From an uncultured Gammaproteobacteria bacterium (GTDB lineage: Bacteria; Patescibacteriota; Patescibacteriia; UBA11705; JABHMO01), in contig CAZMEQ010000004.1 of NCBI GenBank assembly GCA_964565345.1, positions 2,873 through 66,872 on the forward strand: 64,000 nucleotides of DNA, in the 5' to 3' direction. Positions 1 to 7,789 of the stretch are shown in pieces. Below the pieces are notes generated by a model, which was given only the letters and a program-made list of their open reading frames with translations, was not told the origin of the DNA and did no database searches. The translations under genes and the position numbers were made by a program. The first letter of the stretch is position 1, and every line of letters begins with the position of its first letter.

Positions 1-22
1 TAGCAAAACAACTAATATAGAT

Positions 23-1300
23 ATGCAAAGCATTGCTGATCTACATCTACACTCCAAATATTCCCGTGCTACTTCACCCCAGATGGAGCCGATTATGTTA
101 GATTTGTGGGCCAAGAAAAAGGGAATTAATATAGTCGGTACTGGAGATTTTACTCATCCGGCGTATTTTAAGGAATTGAAAGAGAAGTTGGTGGAGGATG
201 GAAGTGGGTTGTTGCAATTAGGAGCAACCAGTAACGAGAAACGAGTAACGAGTACAGTGAAATTCATGTTAACAACTGAAATCGCCTGTATTTATAAGCA
301 CGGAGGCAAGGCACGACGCGTGCACATTTGTGTAAATGCCCCAAGTTTTGAGAGTGTAAAGAAAATTAATGAAGAGCTAACGAAATTGAAATGTAATTTG
401 CGATCTGATGGACGCCCTATAATTGGATTATCAGCAAAACAGCTCGTTGAAGTCTGTTGGTCGGCTGATGAAAGGGTTATGATAATCCCAGCTCACGCAT
501 GGACTCCGTGGTTTGCCATCTTTGGTTCTAAATCTGGCTACGATTCGATCGAGGAATGCTTTGAAGAATATTCCAATCGTATTTATGCCATCGAAACAGG
601 GTTATCATCCGATCCAGCGATGAATTGGCGCTTGTCACAATTAGATAACATCACATTACTTTCTAATTCCGATGCACATTCACCCGCTAATCTTGGACGC
701 GAAGCCAATGTTTTTGATCTTCAAGAATTTACTTATAGTGAAATAAAAAAAATAATTGAAACCAAAGATTCCAAAAAATTTTTGAACACGATAGAGTTTT
801 TCCCCCAGGAAGGTAAATATCATTATGATGGGCACATGAGTTGTGGTTTTTCGTGCGCACCTGATGAGTCGAAGAAAAAATATAAAAATATCTGTCCAAA
901 GTGTAAACGGGCGTTAGTGTTAGGGGTTGATCATCGCGTTGAAGATTTAGCAGATCGTAGTGTCGGTTATAAAAATAAAAGGTTTATTCCTTATAAAAAT
1001 ATAATTCCACTGCAGGAAATTATTGCTGAGTGTCAGAAAAAAAGTAAAAATGCTAAGGCCGTGATAGTCCAATATGAAGAAATGATTGCAAAGGGAGTTA
1101 GTGAATTCAATATTTTATTAGAACTTAGTCGAGAAAATATAAAAAACATTTCAAATGAATTGGTAGCTGAAGCTGTCATGCGTATGCGTGCTGGTAATGT
1201 TATGGCTATTCCTGGATACGATGGCGTTTATGGAATTGTAAAAGTATTTAAAGAGGGGGAGTTGATAACACAAAAACCAAATCAGAAAAAAATGTTTTAA
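23..1300 (+). CDS. Endonuclease Q family / PHP-domain protein (TIGR00375-like)
   Basis: N-terminal DLHLHSKYSRATS, GTGDFTHP, PAHAWTPW, SNSDAHS, GKYHYDGH, CxxC zinc ribbons, C-terminal PGYDGVYG. Confidence 0.9.
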   Translation: MQSIADLHLHSKYSRATSPQMEPIMLDLWAKKKGINIVGTGDFTHPAYFKELKEKLVEDGSGLLQLGATSNEKRVTSTVKFMLTTEIACIYKHGGKARRVHICVNAPSFESVKKINEELTKLKCNLRSDGRPIIGLSAKQLVEVCWSADERVMIIPAHAWTPWFAIFGSKSGYDSIEECFEEYSNRIYAIETGLSSDPAMNWRLSQLDNITLLSNSDAHSPANLGREANVFDLQEFTYSEIKKIIETKDSKKFLNTIEFFPQEGKYHYDGHMSCGFSCAPDESKKKYKNICPKCKRALVLGVDHRVEDLADRSVGYKNKRFIPYKNIIPLQEIIAECQKKSKNAKAVIVQYEEMIAKGVSEFNILLELSRENIKNISNELVAEAVMRMRAGNVMAIPGYDGVYGIVKVFKEGELITQKPNQKKMF

Positions 1301-1363
1301 TGTTTTGCCCTTCTTCACTTACATCCTTTAGTAGCTTTCGGATGTTGAAAGGTTCCTAAGAGC

Positions 1364-1396
1364 AAAAAAACACTCCCGAAGGGGGAGTGTTTTTTT
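1364..1396. terminator. Bidirectional intrinsic terminator
   Basis: A-tract-CACTCCC-GAAGG-GGGAGTG-T-tract between convergent genes. Confidence 0.8.
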
Positions 1397-1402
1397 GTTG
1401 GG

Positions 1403-1540
1403 CTATTTTTTCTTCTTAGCAGCTTTTCTCTTTTTTGGAGCAGCTTTCTTTACAGCCTTCTTAGCGACTTTGCGCTTTGCTGGCTTTTTTGCTGCCTTGC
1501 GCTTTGCTGGCTTTTTTACAGCCTTTTTCTTTGCTGGCAT
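1403..1540 (-). CDS. 45-aa histone H1-like Lys/Ala/Pro-rich protein (absent from ORF track)
   Basis: Hand translation MPAKKKAVKKPAKRKAAKKPAKRKVAKKAVKKAAPKKRKAAKKKK*; GGAGG SD 8 nt upstream of the ATG; terminator downstream. Confidence 0.85.
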   Translation of the reverse strand: MPAKKKAVKKPAKRKAAKKPAKRKVAKKAVKKAAPKKRKAAKKKK

Positions 1541-1964
1541 AATAAATTCCTCCTATAAACTTTTGTAAATATTTTTTTAGAATAATTTATAAAAGTTTAA
1601 AAGTGATTTAATTTTATTTTTTAATTTTTAATTTTATATTTTCACCTCTATTATAAATCTTTTTGCAAATGTAAACAATGTATTAACATTAAATTGGGGA
1701 TAACTTTTTAGATTATGTGTTTAATATTTTTAAATATATTTTTTAGTTCGCGTCACATAAGACATTGCAATATTTAAAAGTTACAAAGTATATTTTATAA
1801 ATTTCATGTTTTACGATTTGCTAATTAGGAATATTCAGTCATAGCATAATTCAATAAAAATTTTGTTTTGTAAAATGATTGTTTCAAAAATTAATCATTT
1901 ATTAGTAATAAAATATAACATTAAAAACTAAAACAAAAAACCGCCAACATTGTTGGTGGTCTTT

Positions 1965-2040
1965 TGGTGGACCCGGCAGGGATCGAACCTGTTACCTCCT
2001 CGGTGCAAACGAGGCGCTCTACCAGGTGAGCTACGGGCCC
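1965..2040 (-). tRNA. tRNA-Ala(TGC)
   Basis: Reverse complement GGGCCCGTAGCTCACCTGGTAGAGCG-CCTCG-TT TGC AC-CGAGG...GGTTCGATCCC...GGGTCCACCA; cloverleaf with encoded CCA. Confidence 0.95.
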
Positions 2041-2079
2041 CCACACCTAATCACAAGATTACGTGATTAGGTGTGGGGG
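2036..2079. repeat. Palindromic mini-element CCCCCACACCTAATCAC...GTGATTAGGTGTGGGGG
   Basis: 17-bp perfect inverted repeat overlapping the tRNA-Ala 5' end; CGGG occurs on both sides. Confidence 0.75.
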
Positions 2080-2110
2080 CGGGCCCAAGTATTATTGAGC
2101 TACTAGCCAT

Positions 2111-2377
2111 CTATTGGTTTAAAGATCTTTGAATTCTTAGCCTAAGTTGATTCCAAGCGTTGGCTCTGAGTTTAAGGTTGTGTTCTCGCTGAAGCGCTTC
2201 TTCTTTTGTCCTGTAGGCTTCAAAATAAACTAATTTGTAGGGAATATAGGGTTTGGTCGAAGGAACATTTCCTTCGTTATGCTTTGCTAATCGTTTGTTT
2301 ATATCAGATGAAAAGCCAAAGTAAAGATGATCACTTTTGATGCTTTTAATTATATAAAGATAGTAGAACATATCCAA
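2111..2377 (-). CDS. GIY-YIG nuclease family protein (stand-alone, SLX1/YhbQ-like)
   Basis: YYLYIIKS...LYFGFSSDINKRLAKHN...LVYFEAY...ALQRE pattern. Confidence 0.85.
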   Translation of the reverse strand: MDMFYYLYIIKSIKSDHLYFGFSSDINKRLAKHNEGNVPSTKPYIPYKLVYFEAYRTKEEALQREHNLKLRANAWNQLRLRIQRSLNQ

Positions 2378-2567
2378 CGTGATTAAATAATAGCAAAAAG
2401 CATCAATTGGGTCAATATGGTGTTGGGGCGGGCGTAATAATCATCAAAATTACGGTTTTAGGTGTTTCTAGATAAAGATAGTTTTCTTTTGTAAATAGTT
2501 GTTGAGCGTCATCAACAGTTTTTATTGTCTAAATTTAGGCTTTAAAGCAGAATTTTGATTATTGGTA

Positions 2568-2596
2568 TTGACAAAATTAAAAGTATTTGCTAGGAT
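2568..2596 (+). promoter_or_regulatory. Sigma70-type promoter driving the structured RNA region
   Basis: TTGACA (2568-2573), 17-nt spacer, TGc-TAGGAT extended -10 (2591-2596). Confidence 0.75.
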
Positions 2597-2873
2597 AGAA
2601 AGTTGCAAATGAAAGTGAATGAACATTCAACCTCCTTAATTCTGCTTCGGTAGGATTCATGGAGCTTATCCGCCTTCGCTGAAGCTACGGCGGATAAACT
2701 AGAAAAAAGGCCCCTGCCTCACACCATATAACCTTTTTTCTGGATTCTATTGCAGCACCTCTAAGCATCGGTTACAAATATAAATTTAGGACCGTATGTA
2801 CTTAGAAGAAATGAGTGCGCTCTCATTTCCTAATATGCTTGTTAGGGAATGAGGGGGACACTGATTACCACGT

Positions 2874-3438
2874 TGGTGACCACACTAGAGATAATGAGAG
2901 AGCATTTCTAGCGTGGGCCACCAGCGTTGGGCCATCCTGCTAGTTCCTCGTCTGTGAGGGCAGACGGTGGAGGAAAACAAGCAGGGCGCAAGGGAGGACG
3001 TCCTCCGCGCTGGAGGTGATCAGTCGCAAAGACTGGATCATCTTCAATAAGCTGGTGTCACCCGGGGGTTCACGCAACCCAGCGACTGTCCCTCGACCGC
3101 AAGTGTCGAGAGGAAGTCCAAGCGAGCATCGGCCGTGTCGGCTGAGTCGCACGTGAGGTCAAAGCGACTGCTTACTGATGTGCACGTCGGTAGGTGGTAA
3201 GTCGTAGTACTCGCCAAAAGAGCGGGGTGCGATCAGTCGCGTAAGAATCTACAGATGCCTAGCTGTAGAACTTCCCTCCCGGCCTTGTCCATGACAGTCA
3301 TGGCTTCATCGGAGCAAGCTCGGTACTTCGGTGCCACAAATGATCACCTCGCAGCGAGGTGTTGTGCGATAGCGCGACTGGTCTTACTGGTCGCGCGCTC
3401 TTCTAAGGAGTTGAGACTTCGACCTCTTAGAAGAATCT
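2874..3438 (+). ncRNA. Putative large structured ncRNA, unit 1 of 3 (family unidentified)
   Basis: 5' long hairpin with GAGAGA loop, then CGTTGGGCCAT, many stems with GNRA/UUCG-type loops, and the shared double hairpin at 3372-3434. Confidence 0.6.
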
Positions 3439-3447
3439 GATTTATAA

Positions 3448-3990
3448 TGGTTGGTTCACTAAATAAAAGAGAGAATATTTAGTGAGCCAACCAGTCGTTG
3501 GGCCATACCGCAAAACCTTACTTCGGAAGGGCGGAGTACGGGTTGAAAAGCGGGAGCGTTTGGGGTCCGGAACCCTACGCATGGACTTGTGTCCGTGCTT
3601 GGGCTTCGCGGGCCCCGCACGGACAAGAGTTCAAGAAGGCTGGCTAGGCTATAGGGGGCGCACACTCCCAGATGACCGGTTGTGTGGCATTACGCCGACA
3701 CCGGATGTGTGGTCAAAGGCGATGCTCTGCGACGGCAGAGTGGTCAGATGAGTGATCCTTCGAGAGGACTTCATCCATCGCGCCAATGTCAATCCGCGGC
3801 CTAGCGATTGACGTTCCCCGTTTTTTCGACAAGGAGGTGATTGGGGCAAAACCCACCCTGCCCCGCGAAGGCAGGGTCACCGTTCCTAAGTGGTCGTTCG
3901 GCACACAGTGCCTACGGCCGCGCGCGACCTGGTCTCATCCGGTCGCGCGTCTCTCTAAGTAGTTGAGCTCATCGACTTTTTAGAGAGATC
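3448..3990 (+). ncRNA. Putative large structured ncRNA, unit 2 of 3
   Basis: 18-bp 5' hairpin with AAAGAGAGAA loop; CGTTGGGCCAT; 13-bp long-range helix 3492-3504/3798-3810; shared double hairpin at 3920-3988. Confidence 0.65.
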
Positions 3991-3992
3991 TT

Positions 3993-4324
3993 GCTGGAAG
4001 TCCATGAAAGTTTTTAAAGGATTAAAAATTGTCATGGCTTTCCGGTGGTACTTTACGGAACCGGACGTGGTGGCGGAATCCACTCGCGCTTACAGGCCAT
4101 CTGCCCGCGCGTTATAAAAGCAGGCTGGCTACCCCTTGGACCTGACGAGTCATCAACAGCCAACACAACTTGATGCCCGAACCGTAAGGGTGGGTAAGGC
4201 GAAAGCTAATAAACATCAGGTTAGGCCAATCTCGAAAGTTTGAGGGGGAATTATCTCGCGTAACTAGTCATTCTGGTTGCGCGTCCATCTGAGTAGTTGA
4301 TCAATTCGACTTTTTAGATGGATT
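3993..4324 (+). ncRNA. Putative structured ncRNA, unit 3 of 3 (shorter)
   Basis: 5' long hairpin with AGGA loop; GGCCATCTGC...AAAAGCAG; GNRA-capped stems; shared double hairpin at 4257-4322. Confidence 0.6.
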
Positions 4325-4341
4325 TAACAAAGAGGCGAATC

Positions 4342-4545
4342 ATGAGCAAGTCCATGGCTGAGTCGATTGTCTGCCGCGTGTTCGAGGGGTTGCGCCAGGT
4401 CGATGACTTTTTCTACCAGGCTCTGGCGATTGTCGGCATGACCCCGCAGCAGTTCTTTCAGCTCCGCAAGGAATTGAAGAAGTGCGAGCGTCGGCAGCCG
4501 GCCTTCGTCCTGTGCACCCCGACCGGCAGCGGCAAGAACCGGTGA
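4342..4545 (+). CDS. 67-aa hypothetical protein downstream of the RNA array
   Basis: AGAGG SD before ATG 4342; GC-rich codons; terminator follows; ends in VLCTPTGSGK. Confidence 0.65.
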   Translation: MSKSMAESIVCRVFEGLRQVDDFFYQALAIVGMTPQQFFQLRKELKKCERRQPAFVLCTPTGSGKNR

Positions 4546-4554
4546 ACCTCTTTC

Positions 4555-4615
4555 CCCCGCTTATCACAATGAGCGGGGCAGACCCAAAGCTACAACGCGG
4601 CGGGTCTTTTCTTTT
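4555..4615 (+). terminator. Tandem hairpins plus T-tract ending the array/ORF transcript
   Basis: CCCCGCTT...GAGCGGGG then AGACCC...GGGTCT-TTTCTTTT. Confidence 0.7.
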
Positions 4616-4639
4616 ATACGGATTATGATATTATGGTTA

Positions 4640-4890
4640 CGACAATAAGAAAGACAAATGACCTTGGAAATCACTAAGGTCGTCCTCCTCCCCCCGCAAT
4701 AAATGCGGGGTACGGACGACAAGTCGCTGGAAGAAACTCATCTGATATATGAGTAGTAGACCCAGCCGGGTATCCCACGCACCATAAAGGTGCGGGGCAG
4801 GGCCCGTAATAGCCCGTAATTAAGTTAAAGCACAAGATGGTATCGCCCTTCGATAAACTCAGGGCTCTTGGCATTTTGAGCTTTTTTTAT
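4640..4890 (+). promoter_or_regulatory. T-box riboswitch (Ile) leader of ileS
   Basis: Stem I GACCTTGG-AAATCA-CTAAGGTC with an ATC (Ile) codon in the loop; Stem II with GAA/AGTA S-turn; CCCGTAAT Stem IIA/B-like; T-box AAGATGGTATCGC; terminator GCTC...GAGC-T-tract. Confidence 0.8.
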
Positions 4891-4905
4891 TTATAACTCA
4901 TTAAT

Positions 4906-7788
4906 ATGAATGACAAAAAAACATTTCCCCAAATTGAAGAAGAAATAATGAAGTATTGGGAAGAGAATAAGATTTTTGAAAAATCAGTTGAAAATCGCGC
5001 TGCTTCTAATTCTTATGTTTTTTATGATGGGCCGCCGTTTGCTACTGGATTACCGCATTATGGACACATTGTTGCTGGTACAATGAAAGATTTAGTGCCA
5101 CGTTTTTGGACTATGAAAGGTAAACGAGTGGAACGTCGTTGGGGCTGGGATTGTCATGGTTTGCCAATTGAAAATATCGTTGAAAAAGAATTAAACTTGA
5201 ACAGTCGCAAAGATATCGAAACATATGGTGTCGATAAATTTAACGAAACTTGTCGTTCGAAAGTTATGATATATGCCGATGAGTGGAAAAAGATTGTGAA
5301 ACGGCTAGGGCGTTGGGTTGATATGAAAAATGATTATAAAACCATGGATCCAGATTTTATGGAATCTGTTTGGTGGGTTTTCAAATCACTCTGGGACAAA
5401 GGTTTATTATATGAAGGACATAAAAGCATGCATATTTGTCCTCGTTGCGAAACAACACTTAGCAACATTGAAGTCTCACAAAATTATAAAGATGTAAAAG
5501 ATATCTCTGTAACAGCAAAATTCGAACTTGTTGATGAACCTAAAACTTACGTCTTGGCTTGGACTACCACCCCCTGGACTTTGCCTGGGAATGTCGCGTT
5601 GGCGGTGGGGGCGGACTTAAATTATGTAAAGGTTGAATGTGATGGAGTTAAATATGTTCTGGTTAAAGAGTTAGTGCCTAAATTTTTTGAAGGTAAAAAT
5701 TTTAAGGTTTTAGAAAGTTTTAAGGGTGAAAATTTAGTAGGAAAAAAATATATCCCATTGTTTGATTATTATAAAGAGGCTGATTTATTAAATAGAGAAA
5801 ATCTTTATATCATTGAGAGCGCCGGTTTTGTCTCAACTGAAGATGGGACTGGAGTGGTTCATATTGCACCAGCCTTTGGCGAGGATGATATGAATTTGGG
5901 ACGTGATAAAAACCTATCTTTTATTCAACACGTAGGGCAAGATGGTCGTTTTACCGCGGAGGTAAAAGATTTTGCTGGTATGGAAGTTAAACCCAAAGAA
6001 GATCCAACAGCCACAGACGTTGAAGTTCTAAAATATTTATCAGCTAAAGGATTGATTTTTTCTAAAGAAAAATATTCTCACAGTTATCCTTTTTGCTGGC
6101 GGTGTGAATCTCCGTTATTGAACTATGCCACTAGCTCTTGGTTTGTAAAAGTAGCGGATCAAAAAGAAGCTTTACTAAAAAATGCTCAAAATATTAATTG
6201 GGTCCCAGATCATTTAAAGGAAGGTCGATTTGGACAATGGCTTGAGGGCGCTCGTGATTGGTCAATATCTCGTTCACGTTATTGGGGTAATCCGCTGCCA
6301 GTTTGGAAGTGTGAATGTGGTAATGTAAAGGTTGTTGGAAGTCGGCAAGAACTTCAAGATTTAAGCGGAGAAAAAGTTGAAGATTTGCATAAGCATTTTG
6401 TGGATAGGATTAAATTTAAGTGCGACAAATGTGATTCCATGATGTCACGCATTCCAGAGGTTTTAGATTGTTGGGTCGAAAGTGGCTCGATGCCTTATGG
6501 TCAAATGCACTATCCGTTTGAAAATAAAGAGAAGTTTGAAAAAAACTTTCCTGCTGAGTATATCGCAGAGGGGGTTGATCAGTGCCGTGCTTGGTTTTAT
6601 GTACTTCATGTTCTTAGCACCTCTTTGTTTGATAAACCGGCTTATAAAAATGTTGTTGTAAACGGGATTGTCTTAGCCGAAGATGGACAAAAAATGTCCA
6701 AGAGCAAGAAAAATTACCCTGACCCTATGTTGGTGGTCAATAAATATGGAGCTGATGCCTTACGCTTTTATTTGACTAGTTCGGCAGTTATGCGGGCCGA
6801 AGATTTATGTTTTTCTGAAAAAGGCGTGGACGAAGTGTACAAAAAAATAGTTTTGATTTTGATGAATGTTTTAAATTTTTACAAAATGTATGAGACTCGA
6901 ATTGATGCCGGAGCTAAAAGCACCAATGTTTTGGATCAATGGTTAATGAGTAAGACGGATCTATTAGTACAGGAGGTTACCGAAAAGATGGAATCATATG
7001 AACTAACAAAGGCTGCTCGACCTATTGCTGATTATATTGACGAACTTTCTACCTGGTATGTGCGTCGTAGCCGCGATCGTTTTAAAGACGAAGCGGAGAT
7101 AAGTCCAGCTGGAGCAACTTTAAGACTGGCTTTAGAAAAATTATCTTTAGTATTGGCTCCTTTTATGCCTTATCTTTCGGAGCATATTTGGTTGTCGCTG
7201 GGAAATAAAGAGTCGGTTCATTTACAAAATTGGCCGGAGATATCTTCGAAGCGAATTGATAAGAAGGTTTTGGCTGATATGCAATCTGTCCGCGAACTTG
7301 TTGAAATGGGCTTGGCGGCTCGTGATGAATCAAAGATAAAAATACGCCAACCACTGCAAACATTTAGATACGATGGTAAAGAGTTGAATAAAGAATTCGA
7401 AAAAATTATCGCCGAAGAATTGAATGTTAAAGAAGTGAAATGGACCGACGGGATAATCTCGAAGCTTCATCATGCTTTTAAAGAAACTGCTGACAGAAAA
7501 ATTTCTTTAGACCTTGAGATTACAGAAGAGTTGAAGTGGGAGGGGTTATTGCGTGAGTTGACTCGTCAAGTTAACAATGCGCGCAAGGAGGCGGGACTTA
7601 CTATCGAGGATACGGCGAATTTAGTTTATGAGACAGAAAGTTCTATAGTTGCAGAGTTTTTTACTAAGGAACATCTCGTTGACCAATTAACGAAAGCAAC
7701 TCTTTTGGCCTCAATTAGTGTGGGCGTTGGTGTAAGTGAAGTTAAAGTTAATGATGAAAAATTAAAAATTACTTTGACCAAGAATTAA
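4906..7788 (+). CDS. ileS: Isoleucine--tRNA ligase (type 2)
   Basis: FYDGPPFATGLPHYGH, GWDCHGLPIE, AWTTTPWTLPGN, DWSISRSRYWG, KMSKS. Confidence 0.97.
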   Translation: MNDKKTFPQIEEEIMKYWEENKIFEKSVENRAASNSYVFYDGPPFATGLPHYGHIVAGTMKDLVPRFWTMKGKRVERRWGWDCHGLPIENIVEKELNLNSRKDIETYGVDKFNETCRSKVMIYADEWKKIVKRLGRWVDMKNDYKTMDPDFMESVWWVFKSLWDKGLLYEGHKSMHICPRCETTLSNIEVSQNYKDVKDISVTAKFELVDEPKTYVLAWTTTPWTLPGNVALAVGADLNYVKVECDGVKYVLVKELVPKFFEGKNFKVLESFKGENLVGKKYIPLFDYYKEADLLNRENLYIIESAGFVSTEDGTGVVHIAPAFGEDDMNLGRDKNLSFIQHVGQDGRFTAEVKDFAGMEVKPKEDPTATDVEVLKYLSAKGLIFSKEKYSHSYPFCWRCESPLLNYATSSWFVKVADQKEALLKNAQNINWVPDHLKEGRFGQWLEGARDWSISRSRYWGNPLPVWKCECGNVKVVGSRQELQDLSGEKVEDLHKHFVDRIKFKCDKCDSMMSRIPEVLDCWVESGSMPYGQMHYPFENKEKFEKNFPAEYIAEGVDQCRAWFYVLHVLSTSLFDKPAYKNVVVNGIVLAEDGQKMSKSKKNYPDPMLVVNKYGADALRFYLTSSAVMRAEDLCFSEKGVDEVYKKIVLILMNVLNFYKMYETRIDAGAKSTNVLDQWLMSKTDLLVQEVTEKMESYELTKAARPIADYIDELSTWYVRRSRDRFKDEAEISPAGATLRLALEKLSLVLAPFMPYLSEHIWLSLGNKESVHLQNWPEISSKRIDKKVLADMQSVRELVEMGLAARDESKIKIRQPLQTFRYDGKELNKEFEKIIAEELNVKEVKWTDGIISKLHHAFKETADRKISLDLEITEELKWEGLLRELTRQVNNARKEAGLTIEDTANLVYETESSIVAEFFTKEHLVDQLTKATLLASISVGVGVSEVKVNDEKLKITLTKN

Positions 7789-7789
7789 T

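Noticed and set aside
1560-1930. Replication origin (very AT-rich, one TTATCCCCA box on the minus strand near 1696)
   Set aside because: Only one imperfect DnaA box and no dnaA/dnaN nearby; more simply a promoter region.
3109-3290. RNase P RNA (GAGGAAGTCC at ~3110 and CCCGGCCTT at ~3278)
   Set aside because: The two segments do not form the P4 helix and I could not find the other universally conserved regions; a cmscan should still confirm.
2940-3904. Six short ORFs in the GC-rich region (2940-3152, 3255-3440, 3459-3665, 3482-3751, 3649-3849, 3713-3904)
   Set aside because: Overlapping on both strands, mostly non-ATG starts, no SD or recognisable motifs; expected by chance in GC-rich structured DNA.
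4141-4220. Hammerhead ribozyme (CTGACGAG...GCGAAAG)
   Set aside because: CCTGACG pairs with CATCAGG and the GAAA caps a GGC/GCT stem; no convincing stem III and cleavage triplet.
2874-4324. CRISPR array or group I/II intron
   Set aside because: Repeats are ~65 nt, divergent and 330-550 nt apart, with no cas genes. No group II domain V, no group I P7 signatures, and no interrupted host gene.
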